Source of the DNA: Eledone cirrhosa | Lineage: Eukaryota | Assembly: GCA_964016885.1 (NCBI GenBank) | Contig: OZ024756.1 | Coordinates: forward strand, 930,001 to 994,000 | Direction of reading: 5' to 3' | DNA: 64,000 bases | Notes under the pieces: generated by a model | Database searches by the model: none | What the model was told of the DNA's origin: nothing | Seen by the model: only the letters and a program-made list of their open reading frames with translations | Program-made: the position numbers and the translations under genes | In this document: piece after piece, positions 1 through 12,871 of the stretch | Layout: each line of letters starts with the position of its first letter | Position numbering within the stretch: position 1 is the first letter of the stretch

Positions 1-3000
1 GTCTTGTTGTGAGAGTTGTAGGGGGGGTCTAGTGTGACATAGGGGCAGTGTGGTGGAGTGGTGGTAGGTAGTATAACGGTAGAGAGAGGGGGGGAGAGGT
101 CTAGTGTGACATAGTGACAGTGTGGTGGAGTGGTGGTAGGTAGTATAACGGTAGAGAGGGGGGAGGTCTAGCGTGACATAGTGACAGTGTGGTGGAGTGG
201 TGGTAGGTAGTATAACGGTAGAGAGCGGGGGGGGGGGAGGTCTAGAGTGACATAGTGACAGTGTGGTGGAGTGGTGGTAGGTAGTATAACGGTAGAGAGA
301 GGGGGGGGGGGAGGTCTAGTGTGACATAGTGACAGTGTGGTGGAGTGGTGGTAGGTAGTATAACGGTAGAGAGCGGGGGGGGGGAGGTCTAGAGTGACAT
401 AGTGACAGTGTGGTGGAGTGGTGGTAGGTAGTATAACGGTAGAGATAGGGGGGGGGGGAGGTCTAGTGTGACATAGTGGCAGTGTGGTGGAGTGGTGGTA
501 GGTAGTATAACGGTAGAGAGAGGGGGGGAGGTCTAGTGTGACATAGTGACAGTGGTGGAGTGGTGGTAGGTAGTATAACGGTAGAGAGAGGGGGGGAGGT
601 CTAGTGTGACATAGTGACAGTGTGGTGGAGTGGTGGTAGGTAGTATAACGGTAGAGAGAGGGGGGGAGAGGTCTAGAGTGACATAGTGACAGTGTGGTGG
701 AGTGGTGGTAGGTAGTATAACGGTAGAGAGAGGGGGGGGAGGTCTAGTGTGACATAGTGACAGTGTGGTGGAGTGGTGGTAGGTAGTATAACGGTAGAGA
801 TAGGGGGGGGGGGAGGTCTAGTGTGACATAGTGGCAGTGTGGTGGAGTGGTGGTAGGTAGTATAACGGTAGAGAGAGAGAGGGAGAGGTCTAGTGTGACA
901 TAGTGACAGTGTGGTGGAGTGGTGGTAGGTAGTATAACGGTAGAGAGAGGGGGGGGGAGGTCTAGTGTGACATAGTGACAGTGTGGTGGAGTGGTGGTAG
1001 GTAGTATAACGGTAGAGAGAGGGGGGGGAGGTCTAGTGTGACATAGTGACAGTGTGGTGGAGTGGTGGTAGGTAGTATAACGGTAGAGAGAGGGGGGGGG
1101 GAGGTCTAGTGTGACATAGTGACAGTGTGGTGGAGTGGTGGTAGGTAGTATAACGGTAGAGAGAGGGGGGGAGGTCTAGTGTGACATAGTGGCAGTGTGG
1201 TGGAGTGGTGGTAGGTAGTATAACGGTAGAGAGAGGGGGGGAGGTCTAGTGTGACATAGTGGCAGTGTGGTGGAGTGGTGGTAGGTAGTATAACGGTAGA
1301 GAGAGGGGGGGAGGTCTAGTGTGACATAGTGGCAGTGTGGTGGAGTGGTGGTAGGGTAGTATAACGGTAGAGAGAGAGGGGGAGAGGTCTAGTGTGACAG
1401 AGTGGCAGTGTGGTGGGGTGGTGGTAGGTAGTATAACGGTAGAGAGAGGGGGGAGGTCTAGTGTGACATAGTGACAGTGTGGTGGAGTGGTGGTAGGTAG
1501 TATAACGGTAGAGAGAGGGGGGAGAGGTCTAGTGTGACATAGTGGCAGTGTGGTGGAGTGGTGGTAGGTAGTATAACGGTAGAGAGAGGGGGGAGAGGTC
1601 TAGTGTGACATAGTGGCAGTGTGGTGGAGTGGTGGTAGGTAGTATAACGGGAGAGAGAGGGGGGAGAGGTCTAGTGTGACATAGTGGCAGTGTGGTGGAG
1701 TGGTGGTAGGTAGTATAACGGTAGAGAGAGAGGGGGAGAGGTCTAGTGTGACAGAGTGGCAGTGTGGTGGGGTGGTGGTAGGTAGTATAACGGTAGAGAG
1801 AGGGGGGGAGAGGTCTAGAGTGACATAGTGGCAGTGTGGTGGAGTGGTGGTAGGTAGTATAACGGTAGAGAGAGAGGGGGAGAGGTCTAGTGTGACAGAG
1901 TGGCAGTGTGGTGGGGGTGGTGGTAGGTAGTATAACGGTAGAGAGAGAGGGGGGAGGTCTAGTGTGACATAGTGGCAGTGTGGGGGAGTGGTGGTAGGTA
2001 GTATAACGGTAGAGAGAGAGGGGGGGAGGTCTAGTGTGACATAGTGGCAGTGTGGGGGAGTGGTGGTAGGTAGTATAACGGTAGAGAGAGAGGGGGGGGG
2101 AGGTCTAGTGTGACATAGTGGCAGTGTGGGGGAGTGGTGGTAGGTAGTATAACGGTAGAGAGAGGGGGGGAGAGGTCTAGAGTGACATAGTGGCAGTGTG
2201 GTGGAGTGGTGGTAGGTAGTATAACGGTGTAGAGAGAGAGAGGGAGAGGTCTAGAGTGACATAGTGCAGTGTTGTGGAGTGGTGGTAGGTAGTATAACGG
2301 TAGAGAGAGGAGGGAGAGGTCTAGAGTGACATAGTGGCAGTGTGGTGGAGTGGTGGTAGGTAGTATAACGGTAGAGAGAGAGAGGGGAGGTCTAGAGTGA
2401 CATAGTGGCAGTGTGGTGGAGTGGTGGTAGGTAGTATAACGGTAGAGAGAGAGAGGGAGAGGTCTAGAGTGACATAGTGGCAGTGTGGTGGAGTGGTGGT
2501 AGGTAGTATAACGGTAGAGAGAGAGAGGGAGAGGTCTAGAGTGACATAGTGGCAGTGTGGGGGAGTGGTGGTAGGTAGTATAACGGTAGAGAGAGGGGGG
2601 AGGTCTAGAGTGACATAGTGGCAGTGTGGTGGAGTGGTGGTAGGTAGTATAACGGTAGAGAGAGGGAGAGGTCTAGTGTGACATAGTGGCAGTGTGGTGG
2701 AGTGGTGGTAGGTAGTATAACGGTAGAGAGAGAGAGGGAGAGGTCTAGAGTGACATAGTGACAGTGTGGTGGAGTGGTGGTAGGTAGTATAACGGTAGAG
2801 AGAGAGAGGGAGAGGTCTAGTGTGACATAGTGGAAGTGTGGTGGAGTGGTGGTAGGTAGTATAACGGTAGAGAGAGAGAGGGAGAGGTCTAGTGTGACAT
2901 AGTGGCAGTGTGGTGGAGTGGTGGTAGGTAGTATAACGGTAGAGAGAGAGGGGGAGAGGTCTAGCGTGACATAGTGGCAGTGTGGTGGAGTGGTGGTAGG

Positions 3001-4834
3001 TAGTATAACGGTAGAGAGAGGGGGAGAGGTCTAGCGTGACATAGTGGCAGTGTGGTGGAGTGGTGGTAGGTAGTATAACGGTAGAGAGAGAGAGGGAGAG
3101 GTCTAGTGTGACATAGTGGCAGTGTGGTGGAGTGGTGGTAGGTAGTATAACGGTAGAGAGAGGGGGAGAGGTCTAGAGTGACATAGTGACAGTGTGGTGG
3201 GGTGGTGGTAGGTAGTATAACGGTAGAGAGAGAGGGGGAGAGGTCTAGAGTGACATAGTGGCAGTGTGGTGGAGTGGTGGTAGGTAGTATAACGGTAGAG
3301 AGAGGGGGAGAGGTCTAGAGTGACATAGTGGCAGTGTGGTGGAGTGGTGGTAGGTAGTATAACGGTAGAGAGAGGGGGAGAGGTCTAGAGTGACATAGTG
3401 GCAGTGTGGTGGAGTGGTGGTAGGTAGTATAACGGTAGAGAGAGGGGGAGAGGTCTAGAGTGACATAGTGGCAGTGTGGTGGAGTGGTGGTAGGTAGTAT
3501 AACGGTAGAGAGAGGGGGAGAGGTCTAGAGTGACATAGTGGCAGTGTGGTGGAGTGGTGGTAGGTAGTATAACGGTAGAGAGAGGGGGAGAGGTCTAGAG
3601 TGACATAGTGGCAGTGTGGTGGAGTGGTGGTAGGTAGTATAACGGTAGAGAGAGGGGGAGAGGTCTAGAGTGACATAGTGGCAGTGTGGTGGAGTGGTGG
3701 TAGGTAGTATAACGGTAGAGAGAGGGGGAGAGGTCTAGAGTGACATAGTGACAGTGTGGTGGAGTGGTGGTAGGTAGTATAACGGTAGAGAGAGGGGGAG
3801 AGGTCTAGAGTGACATAGTGGCAGTGTGGGGGAGTGGTGGTAGGTAGTATAACGGTAGAGAGAGGGAGAGGTCTAGAGTGACATAGTGACAGTGTGGTGG
3901 AGTGGTGGTAGGTAGTATAACGGTAGAGAGAGGGGGAGAGGTCTAGAGTGACATAGTGGCAGTGTGGGGGAGTGGTGGTAGGTAGTATAACGGTAGAGAG
4001 AGGGAGGAGAGGTCTAGAGTGACGGTGACTGTGTGGTGGAGTGGTGGTAGGTAGTATAACGGTAGAGAGAGGGGGGAGGTCTAGTGTGACATAGTGGCAG
4101 TGTGGTGGGGTGGTGGTAGGTAGTATAACGGTAGAGAGAGGGAGGAGAGGTCTAGAGTGACGGTGACTGTGTGGTGGAGTGGTGGTAGGTAGTATAACGG
4201 TAGAGAGAGGGGGGAGGTCTAGTGTGACATAGTGGCAGTGTGGTGGGGTGGTGGTAGGTAGTATAACGGTAGAGAGAGGGAGAGGTCTAGAGTGACATAG
4301 TGGCAGTGTGGTGGAGTGGTGGTAGGTAGTATAACGGTAGAGAGAGAGGGGGAGAGGTCTAGCGTGACATAGTGACAGTGTGGTGGAGTGGTGGTAGGTA
4401 GTATAACGGTAGAGAGAGGGGTGGTGGTCTAGTGTGACATAGTGGCAGTGTGGTGGGGTGGTGGTAGGTAGTATAACGGTAGAGAGAGGGAGGAGAGGTC
4501 TAGAGTGACGGTGACTGTGTGGTGGAGTGGTGGTAGGTAGTATAACGGTAGAGAGAGGGGGGAGAGGTCTAGTGTGAGATAGTGAGAGTGTGGTGGGGTG
4601 GTGGTAGGTAGTATAACGGTAGAGAGAGGGGGGGGGAGAATCCTAGAGTGACAGAGTGACAGTGTGGTGGAGTGGTGGTAGGTAGTATAACGTTAGAGAG
4701 AGGGGGAGGGAGGGGGATGGGGGGGGGGAGGTCTAGAGTGACAGAGTGACAGTGTGGTGGAGTGGTCGTAGCTGATATAACGATAGAGAGAGAGAGAGAG
4801 TGGGAGAGAGCGGAGAGTGGTCTAAAGTGACATA
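1..4834. repeat. 70-bp G-rich tandem minisatellite (about 68 copies, runs off the window start)
   Basis: Unit GGTCTAGWGTGACATAGTGRCAGTGTGGTGGAGTGGTGGTAGGTAGTATAACGGTAGAGAGAGGGGGAGA repeats with exact 70-bp period around 3301-3790. The purine tract varies in length and the array degenerates after ~4680. Confidence 0.97.
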
Positions 4835-4954
4835 TTTGTTTCTACTTTTGGCACAAGGACAGCAATTAACCAGTGTATTACTGGTACTTTATTTTATCGA
4901 CCCCGTAAGGATGAAAGGCAAAGTTAACCTCGGCGGGATTTGAACTCAGAATGG
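4835..4954 (-). mobile_element. 5'-truncated tRNA-derived SINE (Nin/Deu-like core) with 13-bp TSD
   Basis: Reverse complement of the SINE core seen at 5589-5774. CTAAAGTGACATA is duplicated at 4822-4834 and 4955-4967. Confidence 0.88.
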
Positions 4955-5192
4955 CTAAAGTGACATAATGACAGTATGATGGAGTGATAGTGCCTGATAT
5001 AACGATAGAGTGAAATAAGAGATGATAGGGAGAGAGAGAGAGAGAGAAGTGAGAGAGAGAGAGAGAACGAAGGAGAGAGAGAGAGCGAAGGAGAGAGAGA
5101 AGTGAGAGAGAGAGAGAGAGAAAACGCAAGAAAGATATAAAGTAAAGAGAGAGAGAGATGATACACACACACACATATATATATTAACAATG

Positions 5193-5405
5193 TTGGATTG
5201 GCAGTATCGGTAGAGGGTCAGACACCATGCTTTGCAACATAGAGTTATGACCCTTTACGTTCTGAGTTCAAATCCCCCGCTGTGGTTAATTTTGCCTTTC
5301 ATCCTTACGGGGTCGATAAAATAAAGCACCAGTAATGCACTGGTGTCGATTTAATCGACTTCCCCCTTCCGCCAAATTAGTCTTGTGCCTAAATGAGAAA
5401 CCAAT
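5193..5405 (+). mobile_element. tRNA-derived SINE (Nin/Deu-like core)
   Basis: A box TGGCAGTATCGG, B box GAGTTCAAATCC, core GCCTTTCATCCTTACGGGGTCGATAAAATAAAG. Confidence 0.85.
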
Positions 5406-5443
5406 ATTAATAAATGGAAAATATCTTTATAATACCATATTTA

Positions 5444-5499
5444 TTTTATTATACGTATTTCAAGGACACACAATTTTAGTGTGCTTTCATCAGATAAAA
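5444..5499 (-). ncRNA. Minimal type I hammerhead ribozyme
   Basis: Minus strand reads TTTTAT CTGATGA AAGCACAC-loop-GTGTCCTT GAAA T ACGT A TA ATAAAA. Stem I, core, stem II and a palindromic stem III loop are present. Confidence 0.8.
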
Positions 5500-5588
5500 T
5501 ATAATATTTGGTGTTAAGATATCAAACTGCCGTTAGCGAGCTTATACTATTAAGTCCACACTAAGCTATGTCAATATCTTAACACCAA

Positions 5589-5774
5589 GTGGATTGGCAG
5601 TATCGGTAGAGGGTCGGACGCCATGCTTTAACGCATAGAGTTACGGCCCTTGCCATTCTGAGTTCAAATCCCGCCGAGGTTAACTTTGATTTTCATCCTT
5701 ATGGGGTCGATAAAATAAAGTACCAGTAATGCACTGGGTAATTGCTGGCCTTGTGCCAAAAGTAGAAACAATTA
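5589..5774 (+). mobile_element. Full-length tRNA-derived SINE inserted in a hammerhead palindrome
   Basis: A/B boxes, Nin-like core and 3' end GTAGAAACAATT. It interrupts the inverted repeat 5403-5872. Confidence 0.88.
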
Positions 5775-5776
5775 TA

Positions 5777-5832
5777 TTTTATCTGATGAAAGCAAACTAA
5801 AATTTTGTGTCCTTGAAATACGTATAATAAAA
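5777..5832 (+). ncRNA. Minimal type I hammerhead ribozyme (inverted partner of 5444-5499)
   Basis: TTTTAT CTGATGA AAGCAAACTAAAATTTTGTGTCCTT GAAA TACGTA TA ATAAAA. Confidence 0.78.
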
Positions 5833-6070
5833 TAAATATGGTATTATAAAGATATTTTCCATTTATTAATATTGTTAATATTAATAATACTCCAGATAAA
5901 GCTTGTAGAGTACTTCAAATCTGTTATAAAGTTAACTTTGTTGAATGATAATCAACAAACCATATAACTCATTGTTTATATATATATAAGTTTATCCCGG
6001 GTTCAATCGGGGTTAACCACAGTAAGTAAGGTACTCAATACATAGCAGTATAAATATTTACTATAAAAAT

Positions 6071-6121
6071 GGCTTCTACAGGACTAGAACTGTTTCATTC
6101 GGGAGAAATCATCAGGAAGCC
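6071..6121 (-). ncRNA. Type I hammerhead ribozyme with adjacent partial inverted copy (6121-6160)
   Basis: Minus strand reads GGCTTC CTGATGA TTTC TCCC GAAT GAAA CAG TTCTAGTC CTG TA GAAGCC, giving a perfect 6-bp stem I and a stem III. Confidence 0.8.
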
Positions 6122-6487
6122 CTGATGATTTCTCCCGAATGAAACAATGAAGCCATTTCTATATTAAATATATATATAATCCAGACTTCCCCCTGGAAGA
6201 AACAATTGTCAGCAAATAAATGTATTAAACTAAGATTTGATTGTTTTAATATTTTGTATCTAGGCTCTGTAATACACTTGATAATTTACATTGAGCCTTT
6301 TATCCTACCAGTAACTGGCTAGTACTTTGTACTACCCTCCATATTTAAAATTGTATATTAAACATATATAAGTATAAATATTATTATTACTATATATATA
6401 TATATATATATATATTTATGTATTGTCTTCCTTCGGTTGCAACGGTTTTCGAAATCTTTACTTCTGCGTTCACAGATTGATTTTTTT

Positions 6488-6538
6488 AGTTTCAGAAGAT
6501 CCCGTTAAAGGTGAAAGCAGCGATTCTTTGCTTAAGCT
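6488..6538 (+). ncRNA. Hammerhead-like motif with variant core CAGAAGA
   Basis: AGTTT CAGAAGA TCCC GTTAA AGGT GAAA GCA-loop-TGC TT AAGCT. The same repeat family recurs at 30085-30305. Confidence 0.55.
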
Positions 6539-6648
6539 TTAATCTCTTATTTTTATAAATATTTGCTCTACGGTTCTTATCTATTTGATATATATTTATC
6601 CTTATCGCGCCCTCTTTGGATTTTAGTCTTCAAATTTATTATTATTAC

Positions 6649-6711
<63 letters not shown>

Positions 6712-6750
6712 AGAGGTAAACAGAAATAATAACACAAACGGGACAGTATA

Positions 6751-6782
<32 letters not shown>

Positions 6783-6784
6783 AC

Positions 6785-7076
6785 GGAAAAAATGAAACGA
6801 TATTTCATTTCCCACTCTTAGTACGGCTGTTACTTAAATATAAGTATGTACACGTACATACATATATGTATACAGACGTACAGTAGTATGTATATATATA
6901 TACATACATGCATACATATATATATGCACGTATGGATTCACCGAACATTTATTATAATGCTCGGTGTGTTTGTAAACAAACATCCCGTATTAAGCCGTAG
7001 TGTCTAGCAACCACCGTTGCTCGTTTGTTCAACACTGACAAAGGAACGCTGTACTAGTTTCAAGCTTGTTAGCTTA
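6785..7076 (-). mobile_element. Truncated copy of the hammerhead-bearing repeat at 46292-46763
   Basis: Colinear similarity to 46300-46593. It ends in (TA)n before the CTGACGA core. Confidence 0.7.
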
Positions 7077-7099
7077 TATATATATATATCTAGGGCGGG

Positions 7100-7440
7100 T
7101 AAAATTCCCGAGATCCATGGACGAGTTCTCTCCAGCGGACTCTGTCTCTCATCATCGCTGCCATGTCCTGCGTCTCCAAGAGACCTGTGTCTGTCCTTAG
7201 GGCATCAACGTATGTCAATCAACCTTGGTTTCCCTCTTTTAGTGTGTCCGTGTAGGGGCTCCCATAGGAGTACTGAGTGCAGTGTCAACTCTGATTGTTG
7301 GTGAACATGTCCAACTAACCCCTAGTCTCCTATGTGTTACTTTCGAGCTGACTTTTGGGAGGTTCCCATACAGCTCTGAGTTCTTCACTAAATAGTGAAT
7401 CTGGTTACTCTGGAGTTTCGCCTCAGTAACAAGACTCACT
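7100..7440 (-). mobile_element. Decayed RTE-like LINE 3' fragment
   Basis: Frameshifted translation NSELYGNLPKVSSKVTHRRL...GHTKRGKPRL...MRDRVRWR resembles the C-terminus of RTE-clade ORFs. Confidence 0.6.
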
Positions 7441-7698
7441 ATTGAGTTTTAATAAAATTAATATTTAAACTCTACTTTGGTATTGAGTACTCTTTTCTCA
7501 AAGATTGTGTCCCATAGGGCGACCCTACTGGTCCTGTAGAAAGCACAAATCTCTTCTGTGACCCGTGTTGTAAACCGTGCAGATCTACAGCTGGTCTACA
7601 AAGTCATCTAGGATATCACGGGGATGGACTTATTCTCGATGTAAAACCTGCCACTCGATCGCAGCCAAAGGTGTTGATCTGTTCATTTTCTGGGTACC

Positions 7699-7980
7699 TG
7701 TCACCATTGTTCAGAGACTGGGCTTGGTCCAGTGTAAGGCCTTTCTTGTCACCATTGTTCAGAGACTGGGCTTGGTCCAGTGTAAGGCCTTTCTTGTCAC
7801 CATTGTTCAGAGACTGGGCTTGGTCCAGTGTAAGGCCTTTCTTGTCACCATTGTTCAGAGACTGGGCTTGGTCCAGTGTAAGGCCTTTCTTGTCACCATT
7901 GTTCAGAGACTGGGCTTGGTCTAGTGTAAGGCCTTTCTTGTCACCATTGTTCAGAGACTGGGCTTGGTCCAGAGCAAGGC
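7699..7980 (+). repeat. 48-bp tandem repeat (about 6 copies) inside an RTE-derived unit
   Basis: TGTCACCATTGTTCAGAGACTGGGCTTGGTCCAGTGTAAGGCCTTTCT repeated almost perfectly. Confidence 0.95.
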
Positions 7981-8051
7981 CACCTATGCATCAGAAAAAA
8001 AATCAGGGGATGGCAATTCTCAAAACTGAGATGCAGTCATTATGTATGTAT

Positions 8052-8240
8052 GGGCGGTGAATTGGCAGTATCGGTAGAGGGTTGGACGCCATGCTTTCTA
8101 GCATAGTTACGTCCCTTTACAGTCTGAGTTCAAATCCCGCCGAGGTTAACTTTGCCTTTCATCCTTACGGGGTCGATGAAATAAAGTACCAGTAATGTAC
8201 TGGGTAATTGCTGGCCTTGTGCCTAAAGTAGAAACAATTA
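8052..8240 (+). mobile_element. tRNA-derived SINE (Nin/Deu-like core)
   Basis: A/B boxes and core, followed by (TATG)n. Confidence 0.88.
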
Positions 8241-10854
8241 TGTATGTATGTATGTATGTATGTATGTATGTATGTATGTATGTTGGTGTTAATGGTAACA
8301 TGTATCCCAGTACAACCTGTCTCATGGTCGGGTCGTTGGTGACTAAACTGGTAACTCCACCAACTTTCTTGGTGAGGAGGGTGACTTTGGACATCCTGCA
8401 GGACTAAAAACAAAACCTGTCAAAGGGCAAAGGAGCTCTTAAGAGTCAATGGCCATCCAAAATCACCGGGAGAGATGACCCCTTAGCTTTTGTCAAGGCA
8501 GAATTCTAGGAGACGGAAAACTCTGATATAACACCTGCAACCCTGATGGTATCCAATGATGTTGACTTGTTCTTCTTTTTGGTAAATATCATCTTGGTTA
8601 AGAGAGTGGGACTGGCTTTGTGCAGTGCCTTTGCTCACTATAAAAGCTTCACGGCACAGGCATTGCTTTATATCTGAGATCTCTCTGCACTTGTCATCAC
8701 ATGGTACCATGGGCCTAGCACTATGTGCCAATAATTGTCACAAGTGCAGTGTTTGTACCAGAGTTTTCAAGTCGCTGGCTGGACTAAAAAGTCACACTCG
8801 TTCAGCGCATCGGTGGGGGTTCTCCTTCATGGATATGAAGTAGTGGCCGTACTCGAAAACGAGTTGGCAGCCACCATGTATGTATGTATGTATGTATGTA
8901 TGTATGTATGTATGTATGTATGTATGTATGTATGTATGTATGTATGTATGTATGTATGTCAGGTCACTCTTGAGTGCTGCTGGTAACATGTAACCCAGTA
9001 CAACCTGTCACATGGTCGGGTCTTCAGCGAATAAACCGGCAACCCCACCAAGTTTAATTGGTGAGGAGGGTGATTTTGGACACCCTGCAGGTCAAAAAAC
9101 AAAACTTGACAAACGGCGGAAGAACTCATAAGAGTCAACGGCCATCCAAAATGTGTAAATATATATATACTTATGTATACATGTATGTATATATGGATAT
9201 GTGTGTATATATGCGCGGGGACATAAATAATCGGGCTGGAAACCCGATCGCGTGGTTAAACCGCTGGGAGTGAAGGACCTCTAGCCTTTGTCAGGGCATT
9301 CTTCTAGGAGAAGGCAACTCAGGAAACTGGGATAACTCCAATATAAAACCTGTGGCTCAGTAGTTACCGATGTCGATCTTTTCTTCTTTTCGGGTTATAG
9401 CTACTGTCGCTCAGAGAGTGGGATTGGCTCAGTGCACAGTCTTTCCTCACTTAAAAAAAATCTTCACGCACAGGCATTGCACGATAGCATTAATTGACAA
9501 TTATTGGTAATGTAATATCGTGCAATGGCCATACTCGATAACGAGGGGGCAGCCATCATATATATATATGTATGTGTGTATGTATGTATTTATGTATGTA
9601 TGTATAAAGGGCAAAGGAGCTCTTAAGAGTCAATGGCCATCCAAAATCACCGGAAGAGATGACCCCTTAGCCTTTGACAAGGTAGAATTCTAGGAGAAGG
9701 AAAACTCTGATATAACACCTGCAACCCTGATGGTATCCAATGATGTTGACTTGTTCTTCTTTTTGGTAAATATCATCTTGGTTAAGGGAGTGGGACTGGC
9801 TTTGTGCAGTGCCTTTGCTCACTATAAAAGCTTCACGGCACAGGCATTGCTTTATATCTGGAGATCTCTCTGCACTTGTCGTCACATGGTACCATGGGCC
9901 CAGCACTATGTGTCAATAATTGTCACAAGTGTAGTGTTTGTACCAGAGTTTTCAAGTCGCTGGCTGGACTAAAAAGTCACACTCGTTCAGCGCATTGGTA
10001 GGGGTTCTCCTACATGGATATAAAGTAGTGGCCCTACTCGAAAACGATTTGGCAGCCACCATGTAAATATGTATGTATGTATGTATTTATGTATGTATAT
10101 ATGTATGTGTGTATGTATGTATTTATGCATGTATGTATGTATATATGTATGTTATGTCAGGTCGCCCTTTAGCGCTATTTGTAACATGTAATCCAGTACA
10201 ACCTGTGCATGGTCGGGCCGTCGGCAACTAAATTGGCAACCCCACCAAGCTTGTTTGGTAAGGAGGGTGATTTTGGACACCCTGCGGGATGAAAAGCAAG
10301 GCCCGTCAAAGGGCGGAGGAACTCAGGGGAGTCAACGGCCATCTAATAAAATATTCTTCTTTTGGTAAAGCGAGCGACTCCTAGTCTTCATTAAGACATC
10401 TCCCTAAGAGAAGGTCACTCTGATATAAAACCTGCGACTTCATTTGTATCCAATGATGAAGACCAGTTCTTCTTTTTGGGTAAATGTATTCAATGTTCAG
10501 GGAGTGTGATTGGCCCCGTGTAAAGCCTTCCTTCACTTAAAAAGCTTCAAACAGAGGCATCCCTTGATATGTGACATTTTCTGCGATGCCTGGTATTGCT
10601 GGCCATAGACAAGTCCTTAGCAGTACTAAAAAGACACGCGCGTGATGCTCATACTTAAGTATCAAGCGATGGCATTTCTCGAAATCGAGTTGCAGCCATC
10701 ATTATGTATGTAGTTATGTATGTACGTACGCATGTATGTATGTATGTATGTATGTATGTACGTACGCATGTATGTATGTATGTAGGTACGTACGTACTTA
10801 TGTATGTATGTATGTATGTATGCATGTATGTATGTATGTATGTATGTATGTATG

Positions 10855-12122
10855 TGAGATTTCACTGTCAAGGTTGCTGTATCGATTGACAGTGCTTCCC
10901 AGGTAGACAAACTGATCAACCACTCCAAGTCGTTTGCCATACACATAGATGTTTGGTTCAGTGTACTGCTTACCAGGGGCAGGTTGGTACATGACGACGG
11001 TTTTCTTGAGACTGACAGTCACTTAGGATTAGGAAAGCAAGTGATGCTTTCGGAAAGCTAGAAAGGCGACTCTGGGGTCGGCGAGACATATGCAGGAGGA
11101 CAAAGGTAAAGGTGTACAGGGCATGTGTGCTCTCTTGTCTTCTTTATGCCTGCGAGACCTGGGTCACATATCGACACCACCTTAAGCAATTGGAGCGTTT
11201 CCATCAGATGTGTCTCAGACGGATCCATGGCGTTCACTGGAGGGACCACATAAGTGATGTCGAGATTTTGGAAAGCTCTATGTGTGACAGTATAGAAGCT
11301 CTTGTGCTTAAGCAACGACTCAGTTGGAGTGGTCACCTTGCCAGGATGAAGGATTCTAGAATAGCAAAACAACTCTTTTATGGAGAGTTGGTTAAAGGAA
11401 AACGACCGTCACATAAACCAAAAAAGAGGTATAAGGACTCCTTGAAAGCCTCTCTGAAAGACGCTAACATCTCTGCTGATACATGGGAAAATATTGCTGC
11501 TGATCGTAATAAATGGAGAAAGACTGTATATGAGGGAAAAGTTGCCTATGAGGCATCTCGAATCGCACACGAGAAAGTAAAGCGGGATGTGAGGAAGGGC
11601 ATTGCTGTTGCACTTCCAGACGGCGAGGGTCCTCCTATGGTGCTGACATGCAGCGTCTGTGCGAGACTCTGCCTAAGCAAAGCTGGACTCGAAAGTCATC
11701 TTCGCAGTCATAAAGTAAGACCAGTGGTTGACTACCAGGCTGCTATTGGAGATGCTACTCATCATGCTTGCCAAACATGTGGTAGAGAACGTAAATCAGC
11801 AGGAAGGCTCAAGCGACATGCAAAAGTACACGAACTCCAACCACAGCCGACTATTCCCAGTGAATGTTTTGGTTGCCGACTCTGTGCAAGACATTTTAGA
11901 TCATTGGCTGGGCTAAAAAGCCACATTCGATCGCAGCACTGTTAGTTGCTATCGTGTGTGTGTGTGTATAGATATGTTTATGTGTGTGCGTGTATGTGTA
12001 TATATATATGTATATTATTATTGTTGTTGTCGTTATTATTATTGTTGTTATTATTATTATTATTGTTATTAATGTATGTGTGTGTGTATATATATGTGTG
12101 TATATATATGTGTGTGTGTATA

Positions 12123-12159
<37 letters not shown>

Positions 12160-12255
12160 TTCTTTTTTTTAAATTTTATTTTCTATTTTATTTATTTATT
12201 AATTTTTTTTTCTCGTGCAATGGCCATACTCGATAACGAGAGGGCAGCTATCATC
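10855..12255 (+). mobile_element. 5'-truncated, 5'-inverted RTE-clade LINE (RT C-terminus plus three C2H2 zinc fingers)
   Basis: The + ORF to 11945 reads TKVKVYRACVLSCLLYACETW...LERFHQMCLRRI...WSGHLARM...QLFYGEL followed by CxxC..H motifs. Segment 10855-11020 encodes the immediately upstream RT sequence (KKTVVM...FVYLGSTV...DSEIS) on the minus strand. Confidence 0.9.
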
Positions 12256-12871
12256 ATGTATGTATGTATGTATGTATGTATGTATGTATGTATGTATGTA
12301 TGTATGTATGTATGTATGTAGGTTAACATGTAACCCAGTACAACCTGTCGCATGGTCGGGTCGTCGGCGACTAAACCGGCAACCCCACCAAGTTTACTTG
12401 GTGAGGAGGGTGATTTTGGACACCCTGCAGGACAAAAAACAAAACCTGACAAAGGGCGGTAGAACTCATAAGAGTCAACGGCCATCCAAAAGTGTGTAAA
12501 TATGTATACACACATGTACATATGTATGTATATGTATATGTGTATATGCATGGGTGCATGTGTATGTATATGCGCGGGGACATAGAAATAATCGGGCTGG
12601 ACACCCGATCGCGCGGTTAAACCACTGGGAGTGAATGACCCCTAGCCTTTGTCAGGGCATTCTTCTAGGAGAAGGTAACTCAGGAGACTGGGATAACTCC
12701 GATATAAAACCTGTGGCTCAGTAGTTACCGATGATGTTGATCTTTTCTTCTTTTCCGGTTATAGCTAGTGTCACTCAGAGAGTGGGATTGGCTCAGTGCA
12801 CAGTCTTTCCTCACTTTAAAACATCTTCACGCACAGGCATTGCACGATAGAATTAATTGATAATTATTGAT

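Noticed and set aside
5589-5680. tRNA genes at A/B-box sites
   Set aside because: These are SINE heads with no complete cloverleaf, followed by SINE core sequence.
11112-11945. Host C2H2 zinc-finger gene
   Set aside because: The fingers are fused to the RTE RT C-terminus and followed by the RTE 3' tail, so they belong to the retrotransposon.
12321-12385. HDV-like ribozyme at the 5' end of the RTE-derived units
   Set aside because: CCAGT/ACYGG and a CTAA motif are suggestive, but P1 and a canonical L3 could not be assigned.
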